From contig CBDCXL010000002.1 in NCBI GenBank assembly GCA_965223795.1, positions 1,600,001-1,664,000 of the forward strand: a stretch of 64,000 nucleotides of DNA, in the 5' to 3' direction. Shown one piece after another: positions 22,008 to 31,457 of this stretch. This DNA is from Nitrospinales bacterium. GTDB taxonomy: Bacteria; Nitrospinota; Nitrospinia; Nitrospinales; VA-1. Position numbers and translations under genes: made by a program. Position 1 is the first letter of the stretch. Each line of letters begins with the position of its first letter. The notes below the pieces were generated by a model. That model was not told the origin of the DNA. It ran no database searches and saw only the letters and a list, made by a program, of their open reading frames with translations.

Positions 22008-22607
22008 GTGAAACGTCCTTCCGCGGTAAAAGAACTTGTCGATGAATTGAAGCGCCTGCCGGGGGTGGGGCAGAAAACCGCCGAGCGGCTGGCGTTTTTT
22101 CTGATGCGCAGCCCTAAAGAAACGACGGCGCGGCTGGCCCGGGCCATCGAGAACGTTCAGGAAAAAATCCGTTTGTGCTCGGTGTGCCACGGCATTACGG
22201 AATCGGATCCCTGCGCCATCTGCAGCGATCCCAGCCGTGATCGTTCGCGGATTCTCGTGGTGGAGGAACCGCACGACGTCTATATTTTTGAGAGCGTCGG
22301 CAAGTACAACGGCGTGTACCACGTTCTGATGGGTGTCATCTCCCCGCTGGACGGGGTCGGTCCCTCGGACCTGACGATCGATTCACTCAAGAAAAAAGTC
22401 CAGACGGGCGCTGTCAGCGAAGTGATCCTGGCTCCCAATCCCGACATGGAAGGGGAGTCCACGTCCGTGTTCCTCGCGAAAATGCTGAAACCGTTTTCGA
22501 TCCGGGTGACGCGCATCGCCCGCGGGCTCCCTGTCGGATCGGACATTGAATACGCGGATTCGGTCACCTTGTTGAAATCGCTGGAAGGACGGACTGAAAT
22601 CCTGTAA
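22008..22607 (+). CDS. recR: Recombination mediator RecR
   Basis: LPGVGQKTAERLA, C4 Zn finger, GVISPLDGVGP, RIARGLPVG. Confidence 0.98.
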   Translation: MKRPSAVKELVDELKRLPGVGQKTAERLAFFLMRSPKETTARLARAIENVQEKIRLCSVCHGITESDPCAICSDPSRDRSRILVVEEPHDVYIFESVGKYNGVYHVLMGVISPLDGVGPSDLTIDSLKKKVQTGAVSEVILAPNPDMEGESTSVFLAKMLKPFSIRVTRIARGLPVGSDIEYADSVTLLKSLEGRTEIL

Positions 22608-22779
22608 ACTGACCTTTCCAAATTCAGTGTCGTTGTGGTACAAATAGGGCGGTTTTGGACTCGGGTGAACCTTGAGGCCGGAATTTGATCCCGGCTGCCG
22701 GTTCCCGGTCTTTAAAATTCAGACGGCGTTCTTTCCATCGAACGGGAAGGACGATACACATTTTAAATTCCAATACCAT

Positions 22780-22854
22780 TCCGGTGTGGCGCAATGGTAG
22801 CGCAAGCGGCTGTTAACCGCTGTGTTACAGGTTCGAGTCCTGTCACCGGAGCCA
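22780..22854 (+). tRNA. tRNA-Asn (anticodon GTT)
   Basis: Loop CTGTTAA, TTCGAGT, CCA end. Confidence 0.97.
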
Positions 22855-22862
22855 GATCAGGG

Positions 22863-22891
22863 GCCGACCCCGAAAGGGGTCGGCTTTTTTT
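22863..22891 (+). terminator. Rho-independent terminator
   Basis: GCCGACCCC-GAAA-GGGGTCGGC-T7. Confidence 0.95.
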
Positions 22892-22970
22892 GTGCGTTTG
22901 TGAGGGATTGTTCCGCGTTGAGCTCAATGCCCAATCGGGATGGAGTTGCGCGTCTGCCCTTTACTGAAAG

Positions 22971-23498
22971 CTAAAACGCGCCCCAGTCCTGCTTTCCGGG
23001 AATGTAGTGGCTCGGCGTGATGTAGCGGAACATATTGGCGAACCGGCGCGCCTGGGCCAGCTTGTCCTGACTTTGCTGCTTCACCTGCATCAATTCATTG
23101 TCGAACACTTCCGAAAAATAGGCTTTGGCGGCGTCTTTGCGTTCCTGTTCGGTCTTGAACTGGTTGCGGATCTGAAACAATTCGCCCGCATCGAGCCAGA
23201 TGCCGCCGCATTGGGCGCACTCGTCGATTTCCACATGCCGCTTGACGCTGACAAAATGCCGCGACATGGTGATGTCCTGACATTTGGGGCAGCTGTGACG
23301 CGCCTGCTGATCCGCGGAATCACTCAGAGTGGTTTCGATGCCGCACAGCACTTCCCCGGCGGATTCGTGCGGCTCATCAAATTTTTTGAATTCGTGATTG
23401 TCAAACCAGATTCCACCGCATCCTTCCAGGCAGACATCCAGGGCGACGCCGCCGGCTTCCATCGGCTTGAGCGGGCGGGTGCATGCAGGGCAGTTCAT
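22971..23498 (-). CDS. Tandem zf-TFIIB zinc-ribbon protein
   Basis: CPAC...CLEGCGGIWFD and CPKC...CAQCGGIWLDAGE; RBS GGAGGAG before ATG 23498. Confidence 0.88.
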   Translation of the reverse strand: MNCPACTRPLKPMEAGGVALDVCLEGCGGIWFDNHEFKKFDEPHESAGEVLCGIETTLSDSADQQARHSCPKCQDITMSRHFVSVKRHVEIDECAQCGGIWLDAGELFQIRNQFKTEQERKDAAKAYFSEVFDNELMQVKQQSQDKLAQARRFANMFRYITPSHYIPGKQDWGAF

Positions 23499-23753
23499 CG
23501 TGTCTCCTCCTCCTGTTCCGGTCGTGTGAAAAATACCCCAAAAGGCTTGATATTGGCCGCGTGCGGGCCTACATCTAAGATAAATCAAACCCGCTCCATT
23601 GTAAATGATTGAATTAGAAAGGTTTGTGCTTGGGGTAAGGGCCGGTTTCCCGGATGTTTTCAACGGGGGGCGGAAGGCTTGAGGGTGAAACGGGAATTCA
23701 AGCGCAACGCCACCCCGGATTACGGTTGCTGCGAGATGTTGGAGAGGTTGAAT

Positions 23754-24356
23754 CTACCAAAGCAGGCCGTGACCGAACGCACCCCGGCTGAAGCCGTTGA
23801 AGCCGCCCACCACCGCGCCGATGGCGGCTCCGGCTCCCGGATCGCCGACGACCGCGCCGATCGCCGCTCCCGCGGCGGCTCCCAGGGCGCCGCCCAGCAG
23901 GGTGTCGCCGGCAACGTAACTGCCATAGCCCGGGGAATAATAGGGCGAACGGGAATAATAAACCGGGGGAGAATGCACGACTGCCGGAGTCCGGTAAACT
24001 GTGCGCTGCCGGACGGGGCGCTGGATGGGCGGCGGCCCGTAACGGTAGTCCCATTCGTCGTACTGAGTGCCGTGGGCGTAGGCTTGTGCGTCGGCGGAAC
24101 GTCCCTGGGGGATGCAGTGTTTGTAGGTCCGCTCTTTGACCAGACCGTCGGGTCCGTATTCCCGGTAGGTGTGCTCGCACACATGACTGTCCCTGGGGCA
24201 GGACGCTGTGGATGGCGCCTGCGGTTCGGTGCTGCTGATGAGGTAGCCGCCTTCGTACGTTGCCACGGTGCGGTTTTGCGCCCCGGCGGACAAAGGAGTG
24301 AACGCCAGGGTGAGAAACCCGAGCAGTGCGAGTAGCGACAAACGTTTCGGACTCAT
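23754..24356 (-). CDS. Secreted Tyr/Pro-rich glycine-zipper protein
   Basis: Signal peptide; C-terminal GGALGAAAGAAIGAVVG...GAAIGAVVGG. Confidence 0.8.
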   Translation of the reverse strand: MSPKRLSLLALLGFLTLAFTPLSAGAQNRTVATYEGGYLISSTEPQAPSTASCPRDSHVCEHTYREYGPDGLVKERTYKHCIPQGRSADAQAYAHGTQYDEWDYRYGPPPIQRPVRQRTVYRTPAVVHSPPVYYSRSPYYSPGYGSYVAGDTLLGGALGAAAGAAIGAVVGDPGAGAAIGAVVGGFNGFSRGAFGHGLLW

Positions 24357-24408
24357 GGCAGCGCCTCCGTGTTCAGGATTGCGGATTGCTGGGAAAGTAT
24401 CTCCTTAC

Positions 24409-24436
24409 AATATACTCCTTCAGACGGTCATGTCAA
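24409..24436 (-). promoter_or_regulatory. Sigma70 promoter
   Basis: TTGACA-16 bp-TATATT upstream of the 24356 gene. Confidence 0.6.
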
Positions 24437-24609
24437 TTTTATGCATAAAACTTGGTTTAATATTCAATCTATTTTCAGGGAAGGATAGGGAGGAGGTAAA
24501 AGGGAGGACCCCCTCCCCGGAGGCAGGGAGGGGGCGGCAATCAGGGACCATCCATTCTAGGGGATGGATGGAGTTGACTCCAGTACCCGAGGGTGCAGAC
24601 CGATGGTGG

Positions 24610-25161
24610 TTACCACAGGCCATGCCCCAAGAGGCTGCGGCTGGCGCCGCTCAATCCGCCGATGACCGCGCCGATCGCGGCTCCGTCACCCGGGCTGCCG
24701 ACCACCGCACCAATGGCGGCACCCGCGGCGGCTCCAAAAGCGCCCCCGACGAGGGTCCCGGAGACGGGATCATGGCTCGGATTGTACTGTGCGGCCGGTG
24801 CCGGAGCGGTGTAACGCGGTTCCACATACACCGGCTGCGGAGCTTTATAAATCGTCACGTGTTTTTCGTAATGATGACTGGGCTTGTGATGATGCCCATA
24901 ATGATGGTGGTGATGATGATGGTGCCTGTGATGCCGTCTCCACTTTTTATGGCGATGCCCGTAGTCATCGTGGCTGCGATACGTGCGGGTCACGATTTCC
25001 ACTTCGTTGTCGTAATCGCCATAACTGCGGGTGACGGTTTTTACGGTTTTCGTGTGCGTGTAGCCGTGCTCGCTGCCCCGGTACCGGTCGTGGGCAAACG
25101 CAGAGGTGCTCATCACCAGGAGCAGAATGGAACTCAATGTGAGAATTTTTATCGGTTTCAT
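24610..25161 (-). CDS. Secreted His-rich glycine-zipper protein
   Basis: Signal peptide, poly-His tract, C-terminal glycine zipper paralogous to the 23754 gene; RBS GGAGGT. Confidence 0.82.
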   Translation of the reverse strand: MKPIKILTLSSILLLVMSTSAFAHDRYRGSEHGYTHTKTVKTVTRSYGDYDNEVEIVTRTYRSHDDYGHRHKKWRRHHRHHHHHHHHYGHHHKPSHHYEKHVTIYKAPQPVYVEPRYTAPAPAAQYNPSHDPVSGTLVGGAFGAAAGAAIGAVVGSPGDGAAIGAVIGGLSGASRSLLGHGLW

Positions 25162-25218
25162 GATCTTACCTCCGTTGCTTAATTGAATGCCTCCCATTCA
25201 ACTATATCTACTTTTGTA

Positions 25219-25247
25219 AGTATATTTACTGTTAAATTTATTGTCAA
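25219..25247 (-). promoter_or_regulatory. Sigma70 promoter
   Basis: TTGACA-17 bp-TATACT. Confidence 0.7.
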
Positions 25248-25404
25248 ATATTTTTTTACTTTTATGGGCAGAAATTTCTTTTTTATTCCCGCAGGTTCCG
25301 GTTGGCGGCAATCCCCTTAAATTTCAACTACTTTTGATCCGGTTTCTTCCGTAAAAGGTTCATGTATTGTCTGAAGGAATTAAGATTCTCCGGCATTTTC
25401 AATT

Positions 25405-25430
25405 CTTTATGTGATAAACCTCACATAAAG
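25405..25430. promoter_or_regulatory. CRP-family binding site
   Basis: CTTTATGTGA-TAAACC-TCACATAAAG: TGTGA-N6-TCACA with perfect 10-bp arms. Confidence 0.7.
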
Positions 25431-25581
25431 TCGTTGTAATCCCATCAAATTAGTGATAAAAATTTTCGCTGCCAGTGTCAATCGGCTCTCCCTTGCCTGC
25501 CCTGTAACCGAAATCTGGCTTCTTACCCGTTTCCGCATTGGAGTTCCCGCAAAATTTCAATAATGACCCTTTTACCTTGAG

Positions 25582-26634
25582 GTGGCCATGCCGGTGAAAA
25601 ATCAGCCGCATCCCATTCGTGCCTTTCTTCTCGAAAAGATCCCGCAGTATCCCCGGAACATCGTGGCGCTGGCATCGAAGGAATTTTCCGTCAGCCGCAC
25701 CACGGTGCACCGGCATCTGAACCGGCTGGAGCGGGACGGCAAAATCATCAAAACAGGCACCACCAAGCAGGCGGCCTATTTTCTCAAAACCAGCCTCGAC
25801 AAGACCCTGATCTTCAACCGGGATACCGGCGCAGTGGGAAAAGAAATCTGGAGTCAGTACCTGGCCGCGGACTTTTCCCGGTTGAAACCCGCCCAGATTG
25901 AAATCTGCGCGTACGGATTCGCGCAGGCGTTCGACAATGCCTGCCTGCATTCTGAGAGCAAGGGGATCGTGGTGAAAACGGTGTGGAAGGAAAATTCGGT
26001 GGAGCTCAATGTCATCGACGACGGGGTGGGCCTGTTCGAAAAAATCCGCAATGAGCAGGGTCTGGCGGACAAGCGCGAAAGCGTGCTGCCGCTGGCGCAC
26101 GGTGTGCTTCGCTGGAATCCTGAGAACCCGCCGGGTCTGTTGACGGTGTCGAGGGCGTTCGACATGTTCGGCGTGCTTGCCAACGGACTTTTTTATTTTA
26201 AGGACAACCGCAATGACGACTGGTTTCTGGAAAGCAAGCCCAAGGCCCGCAGCAAGGGCACGCGGGTGTCGATGGCGCTGCATTTTGATTCGGTGCGGAC
26301 GCTGAGCGCGGTGCTTCCGCAACCGCGCGCAACGGCTGAGACGGAGCGGCGATCGGCGGAGGTGCGCATCGCGCTGGGCCGGTTTGATGAGGAACCCTAT
26401 GTGTCGCGCATCCAGGCGCAGCGGCTGCTCAAAGGCATGGACCGGTTCCAGCGGGTGGTGCTGGATTTCACCGGGATCACCACGGTGGGACAGGCTTTCG
26501 TCGATGAGGTGTTCCGGGTGTATGCTGCGGACAATCCAGACACCCGGCTGGATGTGATCCACGCCAACGAAGACGTGCGCTTCATGATCCAGCACGGCAC
26601 ACCGCAATCGGAAGCGTTGAGCGTCGATTCGTGA
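25582..26634 (+). CDS. HTH + HATPase-like + DUF4325 (STAS-like) protein
   Basis: N-terminal HTH (VSRTTVHRHL), VIDDGVGLF, LDFTGITTVGQAFVDEVFRV. Confidence 0.8.
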   Translation: MAMPVKNQPHPIRAFLLEKIPQYPRNIVALASKEFSVSRTTVHRHLNRLERDGKIIKTGTTKQAAYFLKTSLDKTLIFNRDTGAVGKEIWSQYLAADFSRLKPAQIEICAYGFAQAFDNACLHSESKGIVVKTVWKENSVELNVIDDGVGLFEKIRNEQGLADKRESVLPLAHGVLRWNPENPPGLLTVSRAFDMFGVLANGLFYFKDNRNDDWFLESKPKARSKGTRVSMALHFDSVRTLSAVLPQPRATAETERRSAEVRIALGRFDEEPYVSRIQAQRLLKGMDRFQRVVLDFTGITTVGQAFVDEVFRVYAADNPDTRLDVIHANEDVRFMIQHGTPQSEALSVDS

Positions 26635-27371
26635 GTGCGCTGGGCCTGCGCTCACAAGGGCGGACGCAAAAAAACTGCGGCTTGCTGGCGGCGGGGTTCA
26701 CCGCGTTGTGGATTTTTTCGGCGCCGGCATTCGGGGGGAGCATCGAAGGGCAAGTCAAAGAGGTGACGAGCGGCGACACGATCACGATTCAAACTGAAGA
26801 GGGGCGGTTTTACAAAATCCGCCTGATGGGTGTCGATGCGCCGGAGCTTTCGCAGACGTTCGGCAGACAGGCGCGGTCGTTCACGCAAAGTCTTGCGGCT
26901 GGAAAAACGGTGCAAGTGGAAGTCACTCTGGTGGACCGTTTCCAGCGGCGGATCGGGACCGTCACGCTGCCGGACGGCAGGCCGCTCCATGAAGTGCTGG
27001 TCGAATCGGGGCACGCCTGGCACTACCCCGCTCTGCATCCTGTGAGCGGACGGCTCGACGAACTGGAAAAGCAGGCCCGGCAACACCGGCTCGGTCTGTG
27101 GGTGGACACGGAGGCGGTGCCCCCGTGGCAGTTCCGGCGAGAACGTTCTCACCCGAAACCGCCGACTACCCTGCAGGAAATGGATTACGACCGCTATTTC
27201 GAGTACGGCCTGATCGGAAATCCCCAAAGCCGGACCTATCTCTGGCCTGCGTGCGCGGGCTATCCGCAAGCCCCAAAAGGCTGGATACGCTTCGGCAGTT
27301 TTGCCACGGCGGAGGAAATGGGCTACCGCAGAGCCGGCGAATGCCCGCGAAAAACTGCGCAAACCCATTGA
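26631..27371 (+). CDS. Thermonuclease (SNase) family protein
   Basis: GDTITI, IRLMGVDAPE, DRFQR, GLW...PPWQFRR; C-terminal Ada-like segment. Confidence 0.88.
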   Translation: MSALGLRSQGRTQKNCGLLAAGFTALWIFSAPAFGGSIEGQVKEVTSGDTITIQTEEGRFYKIRLMGVDAPELSQTFGRQARSFTQSLAAGKTVQVEVTLVDRFQRRIGTVTLPDGRPLHEVLVESGHAWHYPALHPVSGRLDELEKQARQHRLGLWVDTEAVPPWQFRRERSHPKPPTTLQEMDYDRYFEYGLIGNPQSRTYLWPACAGYPQAPKGWIRFGSFATAEEMGYRRAGECPRKTAQTH

Positions 27372-27571
27372 GTGCGGGTTTTTTGGGGGCTTTTCGCACT
27401 TTCGCCAAAACACTTGGGAATCGGGCGCTTTTGGGATATGCTGTTGATTTTTAAGGAGTCTCGCTGTTAAAATCAATATGGCCCGGTGCATCGGCAACCG
27501 CGATGACGCTGGATTGTTTTACCTGTGAGACACCTTCATCAACCACAGCCTTTCCAGGTGCCATTTCTGCA

Positions 27572-27952
27572 ATGAAGAGTCTTTTTTTCAAACGAGGGGA
27601 AAAGATCATCTCCGAAGGGACGGCGAGCGACTGCGCTTACATCATCGAGTCGGGCAGCGTCGAGGTTTCCAAAAAGGAAACCAATGGAGAGCGCAAGGTC
27701 CTCAGCACCTTGAAGCAGAACGATATCTTCGGTGAAATGGGGCTGATCGACGGCCTGCCGCGTTCCTGCTCGGTGGTCGCTCTGGAGGATAGCACCATCA
27801 CGGTTCTCACTCAGGACACCTTCAATTCCCTTGCCGATCACAAGCCCCAGGCCCTCATGCCGATATTGAAAGTTCTGGCCGCCCGCCTGCGCTCTACCCT
27901 GAAGATCGTTGAGGAGCTGCAGAAAGCCGAACGATCCCCACAACCCCGTTAA
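27572..27952 (+). CDS. Stand-alone cyclic nucleotide-binding domain protein (start may be 27503)
   Basis: IISEG...AYIIESG, FGEMGLIDGLPRS. Confidence 0.88.
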   Translation: MKSLFFKRGEKIISEGTASDCAYIIESGSVEVSKKETNGERKVLSTLKQNDIFGEMGLIDGLPRSCSVVALEDSTITVLTQDTFNSLADHKPQALMPILKVLAARLRSTLKIVEELQKAERSPQPR

Positions 27953-28097
27953 CGTTTCAACCCTAAAAAAACAAGTCTTTCCTGGATCTGTCCGGCCTGA
28001 ACGCGATTGCCGTTCTGTGGCTGGAAACCGGTTGCGCCCTGCCCTTCGCGTGGTGTAAAGTCGATGAGCGCGATCAATCTTTTTTGAGGATGGGCCT

Positions 28098-29387
28098 GTG
28101 GCGCCTGAACTGCTGGCTCCCGCCGGGAGTCCCGAAAAACTGAATTATGCCTTTGCCTATGGCGCCGATGCGGTGTACGCGGGGATTCCCAAGTTTTCCC
28201 TGCGGGCCAAGGAAAACCACTTCCGCGACGATTCGCTCCAACAAGCGATCGAGCACACGCATCGGCTGGGCAAGAAAATCTACATCACCGCGAATATCCT
28301 GCCGCCCAACCGCAAGGTGAACGCATTCAAAAAATCCCTGGCTGCTTACGCCGAAGCCGGAGCCGACGCGTTTATCATGTCCGATCCGGGATTGATCCAG
28401 TTCGTTCGTAAAGAGTTCCCCCAGATTCCCGTGCACCTTTCGGTGCAGACCAACACGATCAACTGGCCTTCGGTCCAGTTCTGGCTCGATCTGGGTGTGC
28501 GCCGCACGATCCTGTCGCGGGAACTGTCCCTGGAAGAAATCCGCGAAATTCATGACCGGGTACCGGGCATGGAGCTGGAGGCATTCGTGCACGGCGCCAT
28601 CTGCATCGCCTACTCGGGCCGCTGCCTGCTTTCGAATTATTTCAACCACCGGGACGCCAACCAGGGCACCTGCACGAACAGCTGCCGCTGGGAGTACAAT
28701 GTCCACCAGGAAAGCAAAGACACGCAACTGGGGACGCGGCGGGAACTGGAAGGCGATTTCTTCCTCGAAGAAGCCAAGCGGCCCGGTGAACTCATGCCGG
28801 TGGATGAGGATGAGCACGGCACCTACATCATGAACTCGAAGGATTTGCGGGCGATCGAGTTTTTACGCGAGCTCAAGGAGGCGGGGGTGGTTTCCTTCAA
28901 GATCGAAGGCCGGTCCAAGTCTGAATACTATCTGGCTCGCATCACAAAAAGTTACCGACAGGCTATCGATGACCTGATCGCTCACCGGCCCTTCAATCCC
29001 AAGCTCATTGAAGAAGTGCACAAGACGGCCAACCGCGGTTTCACCTCGGCGTTTCTCGTTTCCAACGCGAACCGCCAGACCGAACGGTTCGATTCGCCGC
29101 AGGAGCCGGACCTGCCGCAGGTTTACGCCGGGAAAATTCTGGAAGTGCGCGGCGACGGCATGGTGGAGGTGGATGTGAAAAACAGGATCGAGGTTGGCGA
29201 TGAGGTGGAATGCGTGTCGCCGAAAAACCAGCATCGCTTTAGGATCGGTGCGATGGAGAACCGCAGGGGAGAAGCGGTGCCGGTGGCGCACGGCGGCAAT
29301 GGTTCGGTGTGGATTGCGGATGTGGGGCCGGTGGAGCCCTACTCTCTTCTCAGCCTGGTCAAACGGCCTGTAGGTTCGCCGGTTTGA
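28098..29387 (+). CDS. trhP: U32 peptidase family, tRNA hydroxylation protein TrhP/YegQ
   Basis: ELLAPAG, GADAVY, HGAICIAYSGRCLLS, CTNSCRW, KIEGRSK. Confidence 0.85.
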   Translation: MAPELLAPAGSPEKLNYAFAYGADAVYAGIPKFSLRAKENHFRDDSLQQAIEHTHRLGKKIYITANILPPNRKVNAFKKSLAAYAEAGADAFIMSDPGLIQFVRKEFPQIPVHLSVQTNTINWPSVQFWLDLGVRRTILSRELSLEEIREIHDRVPGMELEAFVHGAICIAYSGRCLLSNYFNHRDANQGTCTNSCRWEYNVHQESKDTQLGTRRELEGDFFLEEAKRPGELMPVDEDEHGTYIMNSKDLRAIEFLRELKEAGVVSFKIEGRSKSEYYLARITKSYRQAIDDLIAHRPFNPKLIEEVHKTANRGFTSAFLVSNANRQTERFDSPQEPDLPQVYAGKILEVRGDGMVEVDVKNRIEVGDEVECVSPKNQHRFRIGAMENRRGEAVPVAHGGNGSVWIADVGPVEPYSLLSLVKRPVGSPV

Positions 29388-29402
29388 CAAATCGCCACGG
29401 CA

Positions 29403-29600
29403 TCACTTGCGGTTGTTTTCCTTTTCGTTTTTTTTGGCGGATTCGGTCCAGGCGATGACGGCGTAGATCGCCAGAATCAGCAACAGGCTCACCCATCCGG
29501 CGGCGGATTGGATCCGGTACTCAAAAATGTCGCGGGCCAGGGTCCCGTCGATGAGCAGGGCCAGGGCCGCGACGATCATAAGAACCGTAAGTTTTTTCAA
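29403..29600 (-). CDS. Small two-TM membrane protein
   Basis: Two hydrophobic helices, TTG start with AGGTGA upstream. Confidence 0.55.
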   Translation of the reverse strand: MKKLTVLMIVAALALLIDGTLARDIFEYRIQSAAGWVSLLLILAIYAVIAWTESAKKNEKENNRK

Positions 29601-29795
29601 AAATCACCTACTCAATCACGGGTATTACACCACGCAGCCGTTCGCGTGATTCAGCTTCGCTCATTGGGAGCGGGCTGCAGGATGGAATTCGATTGTTCCG
29701 CAATTCCGTCTCCCCTATAATATCCAATTTGTTGCCCGTTTTTTCCCCAATCCGGCGCCGGATGCGGCCCATCCGATGCGACCAGAAAGGACGCA

Positions 29796-30803
29796 ATGGC
29801 TTTACCCGTCAGACAGGCGTTGAAAATCGGATATTATATATTCCGGCAGAAACTCAAGGGACGCAAGCGCTTTCCGCTCGTCCTCATGCTGGAGCCTTTG
29901 TTCCGCTGCAACCTGGAGTGCATCGGCTGCGGAAAAATACAAAAGCCCAACGAAATCCTGAAGCAGAACCTGAGTCCGGAGGATTGTCTCAACGCGGCTG
30001 AGGAATGCGGCGCGCCTGTGGTGTCCATCGCCGGCGGCGAACCGCTCATGCATCCTAAAATCGTTGAAATCGTCGAAGGGCTTCTGGCCCAGGGACGGTA
30101 TGTCTATCTCTGCACCAACGCACTGCTTCTGGATGATTTTTTTGGCAAACTTCCCGTCTCACCGCTTTTGACCCTGTCCATCCATCTCGACGGTATGGAG
30201 GAGGACCACGATCACATCGTGGCGCAAAAGGGCACGTTCAAAGTGGCGGTGGAGGCGATTCGCAAGGCCAAGTCGATGGGCTACCGGGTCAACAGCGCCA
30301 CGACGTTCTTCGACGGCACCTCCGTCGAGAAAGCGGAACAGTTTCTCGATTTCGTGAACCCCCTGGGCGTGGACGGGGTCACGCTGGCTTCCGCGTTCCA
30401 GTATCCGGACGCTCCGGATCAGGACCATTTTTTCGGCAGAAAGCGCACATTTGATTTTTTCAGCGAGCTGTTGCAGAAAAACAAGAACGGCCGTTGGAAC
30501 ATCAATCATTCCCCCTTCTACCTGGAGTTTCTGCAAGGGAAGCGCGAGTACGACTGCACGCCCTGGGGCAATCCCAACTATTCGGTGCTCGGCTGGCAGA
30601 AGCCCTGTTACCTGCTGGATGACGGCTACGCGGAGTCGTTCGATGAGTTGATGGAGACCACGGAATGGGAGAAGTACGGCCATCGCAACAATCCCAAATG
30701 CGCCGACTGCACCGCCCATTGCGGCTATGAAGCCACAGCCGTGGAAGACGCCACAGCGAACCTGAAAAACATGATCCATTCGGCTCGTGTGGTGTTTCAG
30801 TGA
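29796..30803 (+). CDS. hpnH: Adenosyl-hopene transferase HpnH (radical SAM)
   Basis: LVLMLEPLFRCNLECIGCGKI, CTPWGNP, GWQKPCYLL, CADCTAHCGYE. Confidence 0.95.
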   Translation: MALPVRQALKIGYYIFRQKLKGRKRFPLVLMLEPLFRCNLECIGCGKIQKPNEILKQNLSPEDCLNAAEECGAPVVSIAGGEPLMHPKIVEIVEGLLAQGRYVYLCTNALLLDDFFGKLPVSPLLTLSIHLDGMEEDHDHIVAQKGTFKVAVEAIRKAKSMGYRVNSATTFFDGTSVEKAEQFLDFVNPLGVDGVTLASAFQYPDAPDQDHFFGRKRTFDFFSELLQKNKNGRWNINHSPFYLEFLQGKREYDCTPWGNPNYSVLGWQKPCYLLDDGYAESFDELMETTEWEKYGHRNNPKCADCTAHCGYEATAVEDATANLKNMIHSARVVFQ

Positions 30804-30846
30804 GACGTTGTTTCCTTCCTGAATTTTAACCGATCGTAAAACGTTC

Positions 30847-31344
30847 TCAGTGACTTTGCAGGAAATCCGGAAGATGGGTGTCCGCATCGATCCGGGCCTT
30901 GTCGATCTGATTTTTTGACAAGCCCGTGGTCATCTTCAGGTTTGCTCCGGAAAGATCCGCGCCGTCCAAGTCCGCTTCGTGCAAATCCGCGCGCGTCAGG
31001 TTGGCGCCCTGGAGGCAGGCGCCGCGAAGGTTCGCCCAGCGTAAATTGGCGCCGCGCAGATTTGCATTCTTGAGGTTGGCGTTTTCCAGATTGGATTTTT
31101 TCAAATACGCGCCGTAAAGATACGCCTCCTGAAACTGGGCACGGCTCAACGATGCTCCCATCAAGACCGCTCCTTTTAAATCTCCCTGGCTGAAATCGGC
31201 GCACGCCCCTTCCCTGCCGTTGGACTCGACCCACTGCCGGTGTGCTTGCAGCCGGTTTTTGATTTCTTCTTTGGAAAATACGTTGCGCTGTGGTTTCGGT
31301 TCGGCTTCGCCTGCCATCGCCCTTTGTCCTGGTGTTTCTACCAA
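30847..31344 (-). CDS. Pentapeptide repeat protein
   Basis: A(N/D)Lxx repeats. Confidence 0.9.
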   Translation of the reverse strand: MVETPGQRAMAGEAEPKPQRNVFSKEEIKNRLQAHRQWVESNGREGACADFSQGDLKGAVLMGASLSRAQFQEAYLYGAYLKKSNLENANLKNANLRGANLRWANLRGACLQGANLTRADLHEADLDGADLSGANLKMTTGLSKNQIDKARIDADTHLPDFLQSH

Positions 31345-31457
31345 TCCGGTTCTTTGACGCCGTCATTCTATCATGGCCTGAATGGCGCAATCGGCTGGGG
31401 TGGATTTGCAAAGGGACGAATGTTCTTAGAACCTTTTCTATGCAAACCCGCGCAACT

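Noticed and set aside
22855..27400. Genomic island integrated at tRNA-Asn
   Set aside because: No integrase and no duplicated tRNA 3' end found; the tRNA is followed by a normal terminator
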